The notes beneath the pieces were generated by a model that saw only the letters and a list, made by a program, of their open reading frames with translations, did not search any database and was not told the origin of the DNA. This document shows positions 55,423 through 64,000 of a stretch of 64,000 nt of DNA, piece after piece. Position numbers and translations under genes: made by a program. The stretch's first letter is position 1. The number at the start of each line of letters is the position of its first letter. Origin of the DNA: an uncultured Planctomycetaceae bacterium (GTDB lineage: Bacteria > Planctomycetota > Planctomycetia > Pirellulales > PALSA-1355); NCBI GenBank assembly GCA_964598535.1, contig CAZRCI010000003.1, positions 155,741-219,740 on the forward strand, written 5' to 3'.

Positions 55423-58287
55423 TTATTTGATCACAAAATTAACCATCCGGCCGGGAACGACCACGCACTTCACGACCGTCTTGTCCGTCAGCAATTCCGC
55501 GATTCGATCGTCCTCGCGTGCCGCACGCTCCATCGTCGCCGCATCGGCCCCGTTGGGTACTTGCACGCGCGCCCGCAGCTTCCCGTTGATCTGCACGGGA
55601 ATTTCCACCGAGTCTTCGTGAACGGCCTCGGGATCGAACGTCGGCCACGGCTCGTAGGCCAGCGTCTTCTCGTGACCGAGCAAGTGCCACAGTTCTTCCG
55701 CCACGTGCGGAGCCAGCGGCGCCAGCAACAGCACGAACTGCTCTAGCGCGGCCTTCGCGCGCCGCTCGCACTTGAGAAAGTAATTGGTGAACTCCATCAA
55801 CTTGGAGATCGACGTATTGAACGCCAGCCGTTCAAGATCCTGCGTCACGCCTTGAATCGTCTTATGCACTACGCGGTTCTGCTCGGCCGTCGGAGCCTCG
55901 TCGACCACGGCCGGGTTAAGCTCCAAATCCTCGGCCCGTTCGTTCACGATCATCCGCCACGCACGATCGAGGAACCCGCGCACGCCGTTCACCCCCTCCA
56001 TGCTCCAGGGCTTCGTGGCTTCGAGCGGCCCCATGAACATCTCGTACAGCCGCAATGAATCCGCGCCGTACTCGCGCACCACCTGGTCGGGATTCACCAC
56101 ATTGCCGCGGCTCTTGGACATCTTGAATGCCCGGCTTTCGAGCCGCACGTCCGGTTGCTCCTTGAGCACGAAGCTCTCGCCCGACTTCGTGGCCTGATCG
56201 AACGGCACGCGGACCGCGATCACTTCCGCGCCGCCTTGCTTGAGTCGCGGCTTGCCGTCCTCGGCATTGGTATCGACCGCCGCCGCGCTCACCCAATCTC
56301 CGGCTGCGGTCTGGTAGCCTGTCAGCTCGACTTCGCCCAGAATCATGCCCTGGTTGACGAGCTTATGAAACGGCTCGATCGTGCTTACGTGCCCACGGTC
56401 GTAAAGCACCTTATGCCAGAATCGGGCATACAGCAGATGCAGCACCGCATGCTCGGCGCCACCAATATAAACGTCCACCGGCATCCAGGCCTTTTCCACC
56501 TCAGGGTCGACCATCGCCTGACCGTTCTTCGGATCGAGATACCGCAAGTAGTACCAGCAAGAGCCGGCCCATTGCGGCATCGTATTCGTTTCCCGCTTGT
56601 AGCGCCGCCCATCCATCGTCACATACAGCCAACTCTCGGGCGCCTCATCGAGCGGTGGCTCGGGGCTGCCATGCGACTCGAACTTTTCCAACTCGGGCAG
56701 ATTTACCGGTAGTTCGTCCGGCGCTACGGTGCGCATGAGCCCCGTAAACCGCCCCTCGGCGTCGAGCTCGTGGAGGATCGGAAACGGTTCGCCCCAAAAA
56801 TGCTGGCGGCTGAACAGCCAATCGCGAAGCTTATAGTTCACGGCTTCGCGCCCCTGCCCGCGCTCGGCCAGATCGGTGGTGATGCGCTGTTTGAATTCGG
56901 CGGTGGCCAAACCGTCGTAGCTGCTAGAATTGACGCTCGTGCCTTCACCGGCAAACACCACTTCGCCGGCCAGCACCTGCTCGCGGTCCGGCGCCCCGGC
57001 CCCCGGATCAACCACCGGCTGAACCGGCAGGTTGAACTGCCGGGCAAACTCGAAGTCGCGTGTGTCGTGCGCCGGTACGGCCATGATTGCGCCCGTGCCG
57101 TAGCTGGCGAGCACGTAGTCGGCAATCCAAATTGGCACCGGGCGCGAGTTCACCGGATTGGCCGCGAACGAGCCCGTAAACACGCCCGTCTTTACCTTGG
57201 CCAGGTCGGTTCGATCGAGATCGCTCTTGCGCGCCGCCTGCTCGCAGTAGGCCTTCACGGCCTCGGCCTGACCGGCCTGCGTGAGCCGGGCGACAAACGG
57301 ATGCTCGGGCGCAAGCACCATGTACGTCGCGCCAAACAGCGTGTCGGGACGCGTCGTGTAGATCCGAATCACATCGTCGCCGGGCTTCTCCGGAAAGCCG
57401 CCCGCGGCGCGCTGATTGCGCCATTCTTTGAACTCCGCCGGCGCCGGTTTGCCGCCGGGGCCTTGTTCGTGGCCAATATAAAAATCGACTTCCGCGCCCA
57501 TGCTGCGGCCGATCCAATTGCGTTGCAGCGCCTTGATGCTCTCCGACCAATCGAGCCCATCCAGATCTTTTTCCAGCCGGTCGGCATAGGCCGTGATCCG
57601 CAGCATCCACTGTCGCAGCGGAAGCCGCACCACCGGATGACCGCCACGCTCGCTCACCCCGCCAATCACCTCCTCATTGGCCAACACCGTCCCCAGCGCG
57701 GGGCACCAATTTACCGGGGCTTCCGACTGGTAGGCCAACCGCTGCTCATCCTGATAACGCCGCACGGCCTCTTCCCCCGCCTGGCGCACCGCGTCGGGAA
57801 TGGGCAACTCGGCAATCGGACGACCACGCTGTTGGTCGCGATCGAACCAGGTATCGAACAGTTGCAGAAAGATCCACTGCGTCCAGCGGAAATAGTCAGG
57901 GTCCGTGGTCGCCAGTTCCCGGTCCCAGTCGTAACTGAAGCCAAGCATCTGAAGCTGCCGCCGGAACGTGGCGATGTTCTTCTCGGTGGTCACGCGAGGC
58001 GGCGTGCCCGTCCGCTTGGCGTGCTGCTCCGCCGGCAGCCCAAAGGCGTCCCAACCCATCGGGTGCATCACGCTGTAGCCACACATCCGGCGATAACGGC
58101 AAAGGATGTCCGTCGCGGTATACCCTTCGGGATGCCCCACATGCAGGCCATCCCCACTCGGATAGGGAAACATATCGAGCACATAGCACTTGGGCCCCTG
58201 CGGCAGGCGCGGAGCGGCGAACGTACGCTGTTCGGACCAATAGCGTTGCCATTTGGGTTCGACGACAGCGGGGTTATAGCGCGGCAT
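55423..58287 (-). CDS. leuS: leucine--tRNA ligase
   Basis: [16 protein letters not shown] (HIGH), KMSKSRGN (KMSKS), CP1 editing domain. 954 aa. Confidence 0.97.
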   Translation of the reverse strand: MPRYNPAVVEPKWQRYWSEQRTFAAPRLPQGPKCYVLDMFPYPSGDGLHVGHPEGYTATDILCRYRRMCGYSVMHPMGWDAFGLPAEQHAKRTGTPPRVTTEKNIATFRRQLQMLGFSYDWDRELATTDPDYFRWTQWIFLQLFDTWFDRDQQRGRPIAELPIPDAVRQAGEEAVRRYQDEQRLAYQSEAPVNWCPALGTVLANEEVIGGVSERGGHPVVRLPLRQWMLRITAYADRLEKDLDGLDWSESIKALQRNWIGRSMGAEVDFYIGHEQGPGGKPAPAEFKEWRNQRAAGGFPEKPGDDVIRIYTTRPDTLFGATYMVLAPEHPFVARLTQAGQAEAVKAYCEQAARKSDLDRTDLAKVKTGVFTGSFAANPVNSRPVPIWIADYVLASYGTGAIMAVPAHDTRDFEFARQFNLPVQPVVDPGAGAPDREQVLAGEVVFAGEGTSVNSSSYDGLATAEFKQRITTDLAERGQGREAVNYKLRDWLFSRQHFWGEPFPILHELDAEGRFTGLMRTVAPDELPVNLPELEKFESHGSPEPPLDEAPESWLYVTMDGRRYKRETNTMPQWAGSCWYYLRYLDPKNGQAMVDPEVEKAWMPVDVYIGGAEHAVLHLLYARFWHKVLYDRGHVSTIEPFHKLVNQGMILGEVELTGYQTAAGDWVSAAAVDTNAEDGKPRLKQGGAEVIAVRVPFDQATKSGESFVLKEQPDVRLESRAFKMSKSRGNVVNPDQVVREYGADSLRLYEMFMGPLEATKPWSMEGVNGVRGFLDRAWRMIVNERAEDLELNPAVVDEAPTAEQNRVVHKTIQGVTQDLERLAFNTSISKLMEFTNYFLKCERRAKAALEQFVLLLAPLAPHVAEELWHLLGHEKTLAYEPWPTFDPEAVHEDSVEIPVQINGKLRARVQVPNGADAATMERAAREDDRIAELLTDKTVVKCVVVPGRMVNFVIK

Positions 58288-58594
58288 AGGACGTCATGAA
58301 GCCAGAATGAGAAAGGCGAGCCCCCAAGCGATGGCGCGGGCCCGGCCGTGGTTGCGGAAACCGGCGATTTTAGTCGGTTGCGCGTCGCTCGGCAAACGCA
58401 ACCTGTTGTGGCCAGGGTGCTTCGAATCCGCACAGCGAGCCGCGACGGCGATCCGTTTGTTTGACCAGCGGGAGGACGGCATTAAAATTGCCCCGCGACT
58501 ATCCCGCAAGGCGAGTCCAGCCCCCCCTGAGCTTGCCGCTTGCTCCGCGAGCGCCGCCAGGCGAACATCTCCACCGCGAGGCCAAGGAAACGCA

Positions 58595-60487
58595 ATGCCA
58601 CGCCCCAAGACGCAGTCGGACGCCGCCAAGCTCTACACGCTCGTCCTGATCATCACATCCGTGGCAATACTCTACCTGGCACGCGAGATCCTGATTCCGC
58701 TTGCGCTGGCCACGTTGCTGGCTTTCATTCTGGCGCCGTCGGTCGCTCGGCTTCAGCGTCTCAAACTAGGCCGCATTCCCTCGGTGTTGATCGTCGTCGG
58801 CGCGGTGTTCGTGCTGATCGTGGCGCTCGGTTGGATTGTTACCAACCAACTGGCAACGCTGGCCGGCGACCTGCCACGTTACGAATCCAATCTCGTCAGC
58901 CGCATCGAAGCGCTGAAGCAGCATCAGGATTCGGTCTTCTCACGCATCGAGGGCGTCTTCAAACGGCTCGACCGCGAAATCCGCAAGGTGGAAAAGAAAT
59001 CGAACGCCTCGAAAACCGGCAATGCCCAGGGCCCTGATAGCGCAGTGCCGGCGGCGACTGGCGAAGCCACTGAAGTTCGCCCCCTCCCCGTGCAAATCGT
59101 CAATAACACGCCCACGGGCCTCGGCATCGTCACGAGCCTGCTGCCCGAGGCGTTCGGAGCCCTTGCCACGCTCGGCATCGTGATCGTGTTCTTGATCTTC
59201 ATGCTGCTGGCGCGCGACGATCTGCGCAATCGCTTGATCCAACTGATCGGCCCGCACCAACTCACCGTGACCACCCGCGCCCTCGACGACGCCGCCAGTC
59301 GTGTCAGTCGCTACCTGCGGGCACAACTGATCATCAATGCCAGCTACGGCGTGATGATGGCCGGCGGTCTGTATTTGGTTGGCCTGCCCAATGCCCTGAT
59401 GCTGGGTCTGCTGGGCGGCATTCTGCGTTACGTGCCCTATGTTGGCCCGTGGCTGGGCGCCGGACTTGGCATCCTGCTCTCGGTGGCCGAGTCGCCTCCC
59501 GGCGACTGGTCGCAACCGCTTATCGTGCTCGGCTTGTATCTGGCCGCCGAGTTGCTGGTGAACAACGTCATGGAACCGCTCCTGTACCAATCCAGCACCG
59601 GGGTCTCGACCATGGGCATCATCGTGGCGGCAATGTTCTGGACCTGGCTGTGGGGGGCGACCGGTCTCGTGCTCAGCATGCCGCTGACCGTTTGCATCGT
59701 CGTGTTGGGGCGTTATGTCCCGCAGCTTGAATTTCTGCACGTGATGCTTTCAGACACCGAAGTCCTGTCCTCGGGGGCCCAACTGTACCAACGGTTGCTC
59801 GTCAACGACGAAGACGAGCCTCGCGAAATCGTCGAACAATATCTGGCGGAACACTCTCCGGACGATCTCTACGAGCATGTCCTGTTGCCCGCCCTGGAAT
59901 ATGCCGAAGCGGACGCCCGGCGCGGAACGATCGAGGAAGAACGCCGGCAGTATATTCTCGAAAACATCCTGGATCTGCTGGACGACATTCCCACGCTTGC
60001 CGGTACGGCTGTGCCCGCAGCGGATGCTCCCGTCGCTCAAGCCGCCCCGCGCGACATCATCATCGTTCCCTCGCGCGACCTGGCGGACGAAATTGCCGGT
60101 GAAATGCTCCGGGCCAGCCTGGCTTCGCAAGCGATCACCGCGATTCTGCTTTCTCCAAAGCTGCTCTTCAGTGAGATCGTCGGCCAGATCGCCCAGGCCC
60201 GATCGCCGCTCGTAATCGTCTCCGCGGTTCCACCGTCGGCCGTGCGTCACGCGCGCAACCTCACCAAACGCCTGCGTCACCACTTGGAAGACATTCCCCT
60301 TGTCGTGGGAGTCTGGGCTCCGCACGAGCCGGGCGAACGCACCAAGGCACGATTTGCCGCCGCCGGCTGCGATCAACTCGTACATCAACTCGCACAGGCG
60401 GCCGAAATCGCCGAGAAGCATCTTCCGCCGCGTTCGAAGCCCGCTCCCAGCGGCGATGGTGTTGCGGCAGAGGCAGCGCGCAAATAG
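58595..60487 (+). CDS. AI-2E (PerM/YhhT) family transporter with long C-terminal cytoplasmic extension
   Basis: Start at ATG 58595 (MPRPKTQ...). Polytopic core with LARDDLRNRL and NVMEPLLYQSSTG motifs. About 290 aa of soluble C-terminal extension. Confidence 0.8.
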   Translation: MPRPKTQSDAAKLYTLVLIITSVAILYLAREILIPLALATLLAFILAPSVARLQRLKLGRIPSVLIVVGAVFVLIVALGWIVTNQLATLAGDLPRYESNLVSRIEALKQHQDSVFSRIEGVFKRLDREIRKVEKKSNASKTGNAQGPDSAVPAATGEATEVRPLPVQIVNNTPTGLGIVTSLLPEAFGALATLGIVIVFLIFMLLARDDLRNRLIQLIGPHQLTVTTRALDDAASRVSRYLRAQLIINASYGVMMAGGLYLVGLPNALMLGLLGGILRYVPYVGPWLGAGLGILLSVAESPPGDWSQPLIVLGLYLAAELLVNNVMEPLLYQSSTGVSTMGIIVAAMFWTWLWGATGLVLSMPLTVCIVVLGRYVPQLEFLHVMLSDTEVLSSGAQLYQRLLVNDEDEPREIVEQYLAEHSPDDLYEHVLLPALEYAEADARRGTIEEERRQYILENILDLLDDIPTLAGTAVPAADAPVAQAAPRDIIIVPSRDLADEIAGEMLRASLASQAITAILLSPKLLFSEIVGQIAQARSPLVIVSAVPPSAVRHARNLTKRLRHHLEDIPLVVGVWAPHEPGERTKARFAAAGCDQLVHQLAQAAEIAEKHLPPRSKPAPSGDGVAAEAARK

Positions 60488-60506
60488 CGAACCCGTGCGG
60501 TGGCGC

Positions 60507-62201
60507 TCATGCCAGCGGCTCGCTCCAAGGATCGGTCGGCCCTCCAGAGCGCAAGGCCGTCGCGGCTTGCTCGCGGTCTTCTTGAACGACGCGTTCTGGC
60601 AGCGCCGCCCGGCGCGCGCTCAATTGCCGCGCGATGCTTGGCAAGTTGATCGCCAAAACGAGCGCCCCGGCCAAAGGCAGCACGAGCACCAGCACGCCGC
60701 CCACACCCGCCGGTGGGCCGTTGTAGATACAATATTCTGCGAGTGTCCAAACGGGGTTCGTAATCTGCAAAAGCGTGTAATTCAGATTGCGCGTTTGGGG
60801 ATTCGTGATCTGGATAACCCAGGGACCGCCGCCAAAAATCATCACCAGCAACACGCCCGTCAACAGCCGAACGGCCAGCCGTACCTCGTCGTAGCGTCGG
60901 ATAGCCAGCAAGATCAACCGTGCCACCCCCAGGTAAATCGCCAAATAGCTCGTGGCCACGATCGAGGCTTCCAAAATACGGGCAGACGCGTTGAAACTGC
61001 CCACGATGCGCATGATGCCTCCAGCCTTCTGCGCCAGTTCGCCCAGAAAGTAAGACGCCATAAGCGGCGCCACGACGCACAGCACCAGCATGTGCCCCAG
61101 CACAAACATGTAGCCGGTTCCCGAACCCGGCATGTACCAGCCGAACACGCCGCGGCCCAACATCGATCGGGGCAATCCGCGGCGCACCCGTTGCGACAGT
61201 TGGTCCGACTCTCCGACCATGCTCAGCCCGCACACGTACCACACGATCATGCTGAAGAAAATTAGCGCGTAGACCACGTCCTCGTCGCGCAGCGCAGCCC
61301 AAGTGAACCAGCCGACTGCCGACAGAAAAGCGACCGTCAGCGCCGCGCGAATCGCCGAAGACCGATTTTGCGAGGGGGCCATCAGTTGCGCCCGCGCGCA
61401 CAGAAACACGATCGCCACCGCGTTGCCATAGAAAATGGCCAGCGATACGTTTGCCGCCCAAAACTCGGGATCGTCGAGCAGGATGCCCCGCCCAACCAGC
61501 CCCCCCAGATTGAAAATAGTAATAAAAAAGGCGAAGACCAACGCCACGGCGAATAGGACGCCGACGATCACGTATCGTTGCCGTGGCGGCGAAAGTGTCG
61601 CCAGGAGCAGGCCGCACAGCGACAGGCAGGTCGACAACAGGCACGTGTAGAGCACAACCAGCAACACGGAGAAGATATCCAGCCCGCGCAAAAGATAGGT
61701 AAAGGCCAGGCACGGCAGCAGCGCCGACAGATACACGATCATCTGTATGCCGATGCCGCCCAACTTGCCGAATAAAATCCCGCTGGCCTCGAGCCCGGCG
61801 ATGGACACCAGCTCGTGCGTGCGGTCCTGGCGCTCGGCGGCGAGCGAGCTATACGCCGTGTAAGGAATCACGACGATCAGCGGCGCTGCCAGAATGATGT
61901 AATACACATAAAACATCGAGGGCCCCGTGGCGTTGTAATATGCCGAAGGCCCCAGCATCGCTAGTCCCAAGATCGACCAGGTCCACCCCGCTGCCAACAT
62001 CAAGAAGAACGTAATCGTGAATTGCCGGCTCCGCAGGGCCTGGCGAGCCTCTTTCACCAGAATCGGATTCAAGCCGTCGGACGCGTTGCTAAGCCAAGCT
62101 TCCACGTCCTGCCAGCGCCGCGCGGCAGGCGGCAGCGGCACGGCGTCGGCCATGATCGCCGGTTCGTTTGCGTCGGGCCGCGGTTCGTGGGGCAGCGTCA
62201 T
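60507..62201 (-). CDS. polytopic ABC-2-like permease (partner of the upstream ATPase)
   Basis: 564 aa with more than 10 hydrophobic helices. Start overlaps the stop of the ABC ATPase gene. Confidence 0.65.
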   Translation of the reverse strand: MTLPHEPRPDANEPAIMADAVPLPPAARRWQDVEAWLSNASDGLNPILVKEARQALRSRQFTITFFLMLAAGWTWSILGLAMLGPSAYYNATGPSMFYVYYIILAAPLIVVIPYTAYSSLAAERQDRTHELVSIAGLEASGILFGKLGGIGIQMIVYLSALLPCLAFTYLLRGLDIFSVLLVVLYTCLLSTCLSLCGLLLATLSPPRQRYVIVGVLFAVALVFAFFITIFNLGGLVGRGILLDDPEFWAANVSLAIFYGNAVAIVFLCARAQLMAPSQNRSSAIRAALTVAFLSAVGWFTWAALRDEDVVYALIFFSMIVWYVCGLSMVGESDQLSQRVRRGLPRSMLGRGVFGWYMPGSGTGYMFVLGHMLVLCVVAPLMASYFLGELAQKAGGIMRIVGSFNASARILEASIVATSYLAIYLGVARLILLAIRRYDEVRLAVRLLTGVLLVMIFGGGPWVIQITNPQTRNLNYTLLQITNPVWTLAEYCIYNGPPAGVGGVLVLVLPLAGALVLAINLPSIARQLSARRAALPERVVQEDREQAATALRSGGPTDPWSEPLA

Positions 62202-63145
62202 TGGACCAGCCCCTCGGTAACGCGCATAAAGACGTCTTCCAGGCTTTCGCTCCGACTGCCAAAAGCCACCACGCGAACTCCGGCCAGAACCAACTCTCGT
62301 AATAAATCGGCCTCGAACTGCTGCGTCTGCTCGTGAGTGAATTCAATCTGCTCGCCGTCGCGGCGCAGGTTGTGAAGATCCGTCCGCGCGGCGAGGCGCT
62401 GGCACGCCCCCTCGGCGTCGTCGAGCACCCGAAACCGCACCGTGCGGTGCGCTTGTCGGGCTCGATGAATCTCGTCGACGGTGCCGACGGCCAGCAGCCG
62501 CCCCTGTTCGATGATGGCCACCGTGTCGCACATCTCGGCCAACTCGGTGAGAATGTGCGAGCTGACGAGAATCGACTTTCCGCCGGCTGCCAGCTCGCCG
62601 ATCATCTCGCGCAACTGTATGCGCGCTCGCGGATCGAGCCCCGCGGCGGGCTCATCCATCACCAATACCGAGGGATCGTGAATGATGGCCCGTCCCAAGC
62701 ACAGCCGCTGCTTCATCCCCTTGCTCAACGAATCGATGTTCTTGGCACGCAGACTGTCGAGCTTCGTAAAGCTCATCACCTGACGCACGGCTCGCTGCCG
62801 CTCGGGTCCCATCAAGCCATACGCCCGGGCGAAGAAATCCAGATATTCCTCGACCAGGATGCTCGGCTGCGTGTCGAAGTAGTCGGGCATGAAGCCTAAT
62901 CGCCTGCGCACTCGCTCGGGATCTTGCGTGACCGAAAAACCGTCGACCATCGCGTCGCCCTCGGTGGGCATGTCCAGCGTGGCCAAGATACGCATGCTGG
63001 TGGTCTTGCCCGCGCCGTTAGGGCCGATGTAACCGAAAACCTGTCCGCGCTGCACCTGAAACGACACATTGTCGACGGCCCGAACCGGGCCAAAACGCCG
63101 GCCGAGATTCACCAGCTCAATTTGTGGCTGCGAGCAAACCATCAT
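62198..63145 (-). CDS. ABC transporter ATP-binding protein
   Basis: Walker A GPNGAGKTT, signature LSKGMKQRLCLGRAI, Walker B LVMDEPAAGLD. Confidence 0.9.
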   Translation of the reverse strand: MMVCSQPQIELVNLGRRFGPVRAVDNVSFQVQRGQVFGYIGPNGAGKTTSMRILATLDMPTEGDAMVDGFSVTQDPERVRRRLGFMPDYFDTQPSILVEEYLDFFARAYGLMGPERQRAVRQVMSFTKLDSLRAKNIDSLSKGMKQRLCLGRAIIHDPSVLVMDEPAAGLDPRARIQLREMIGELAAGGKSILVSSHILTELAEMCDTVAIIEQGRLLAVGTVDEIHRARQAHRTVRFRVLDDAEGACQRLAARTDLHNLRRDGEQIEFTHEQTQQFEADLLRELVLAGVRVVAFGSRSESLEDVFMRVTEGLVQ

Positions 63146-63163
63146 GACGCTCTCGTCCGGTTC

Positions 63164-64000
63164 TTACCACTGTCCCAAAATCACGTGCGTGCTTTGCGAC
63201 TCGAGGAGCTCGTCCAACCCAACGACCACTTCGGCCGGACGATCGACGATCGCTACATAGGTCCGCGGCTCCAGCGCCAGCGAGGAAATTGTGGTGCGTA
63301 GCTCTTTCAGCCGCAACTCCACTCCCCCCGCGGAACCGCCGAATTGCTTTTGCCCGCCAAGCACGGCCGGCCGCATGCCGAACCACCGCAGGGCGCCCTG
63401 GGAAGCATACGGATCCATCGCGGGCGGTAGCGCCGGAGCGTGCTTGTCGAACACCTTCAGAAACTCGACAACCGCCGCCGCTCGCTGATCTTCAGAGTCG
63501 CGTTCGGCCAGCGAGCCCTGCTGCCCCGCGTCGATCGCGCCGCCGACCAAGAGCCGGCCCCGTTCGTCACAAACCAACAACTGCCGCATGCGCACCCCCA
63601 GGTTGTTCGTTACCTGGCGTTGGCCGTCGGCGCGCGGACTGGCAAACACCAGCGAATGCGTACAGCGATATGCCCGCTGAGTGACAAGCTGCGTCGGGGT
63701 TCGCGATGTGATCCAGCCTCGCGTCAAACGTTGCGCGTCGTCCCACGCAACACGGCGGCGAGCGTTGCCGCTCAGATAATACGCCGGCTCGAGTTCCAAC
63801 GGGGTCACCTGCGTATCGCGAGGAAAGGTGAAGCCCGCCGCGGGCGTCATTCCCACATAATACGAAAGCCGCGCGGAAGTCGCGGCCTGTTGCACACGTT
63901 GGTCGAGCACCGTGAAACTGAGCGTGCGCAGGCGCGATTGCAAACCGTCGGACAGCAGCGCATACCCCAGCAAGCCGCCGGTCGTCACCAACGCGGCCAG
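63164..64000 (-). CDS. hypothetical protein, 5' end beyond the window
   Basis: Open frame runs to the window edge. Same strand as, and 18 nt upstream of, the ABC ATPase gene. No motif recognised. Confidence 0.5.
   Translation of the reverse strand: MAALVTTGGLLGYALLSDGLQSRLRTLSFTVLDQRVQQAATSARLSYYVGMTPAAGFTFPRDTQVTPLELEPAYYLSGNARRRVAWDDAQRLTRGWITSRTPTQLVTQRAYRCTHSLVFASPRADGQRQVTNNLGVRMRQLLVCDERGRLLVGGAIDAGQQGSLAERDSEDQRAAAVVEFLKVFDKHAPALPPAMDPYASQGALRWFGMRPAVLGGQKQFGGSAGGVELRLKELRTTISSLALEPRTYVAIVDRPAEVVVGLDELLESQSTHVILGQW

Noticed and set aside
54527-58299. Plus-strand ORFs 54527-55342 and 56770-58299 opposite glgC and leuS
   Set aside because: These are antisense to two unambiguous housekeeping genes and have low-complexity Arg/His-rich translations.
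60385-61713. 442-aa minus-strand ORF in an alternative frame of the ABC-2-like permease
   Set aside because: The translation is Arg/Gly-rich with no TM helices. The 60507-62201 frame is hydrophobic and is start/stop-coupled to the ATPase gene.

Overview
High-GC chromosomal segment whose gene content looks planctomycete: DUF1501 and DUF1549/DUF1553 proteins, PSCyt-type CxxCH motifs, a Cys-type sulfatase plus a formylglycine-generating enzyme, many signal- or TAT-peptide glycan-active enzymes. I support about 50 protein genes; no rRNA, tRNA or CRISPR array was seen by eye. Most of the window is ordinary: MFS transporter, a MarR-MacA-MacB-OMF efflux operon, GH5, CE15, enoyl-CoA hydratase, RraA, MlrC-like peptidase, glgC, leuS, ABC transporters.

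Main observations:
1. A complete-looking retron at 52181-53684. It has 18-bp a1/a2 inverted repeats, an AGC branch context, msr/msd hairpins and a retron-type reverse transcriptase with an N-terminal extension of about 105 aa. No recognisable effector gene is adjacent. The locus sits between a DUF1501 gene and glgC-leuS and is bracketed by three copies of a hairpin-containing repeat.
2. An ArsR/rhodanese/persulfide-dioxygenase/TauE sulfide-detoxification cluster whose sulfide:quinone oxidoreductase gene is reduced to an internally deleted, frameshifted remnant (7740-8209).
3. A lower-GC type II restriction-modification islet (39837-41551).
4. A MacB-type pump with a low-complexity linker of about 170 aa that carries a 3 x 18 bp in-frame tandem repeat.
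5. A hairpin-dense non-coding region of about 530 bp (49974-50504) with an orphan minus-strand terminator.

Several palindromic operator candidates lie upstream of the ArsR, TetR and MarR regulators. All calls rest on reading the sequence and ORF translations. No database search was run, and gene starts are approximate.
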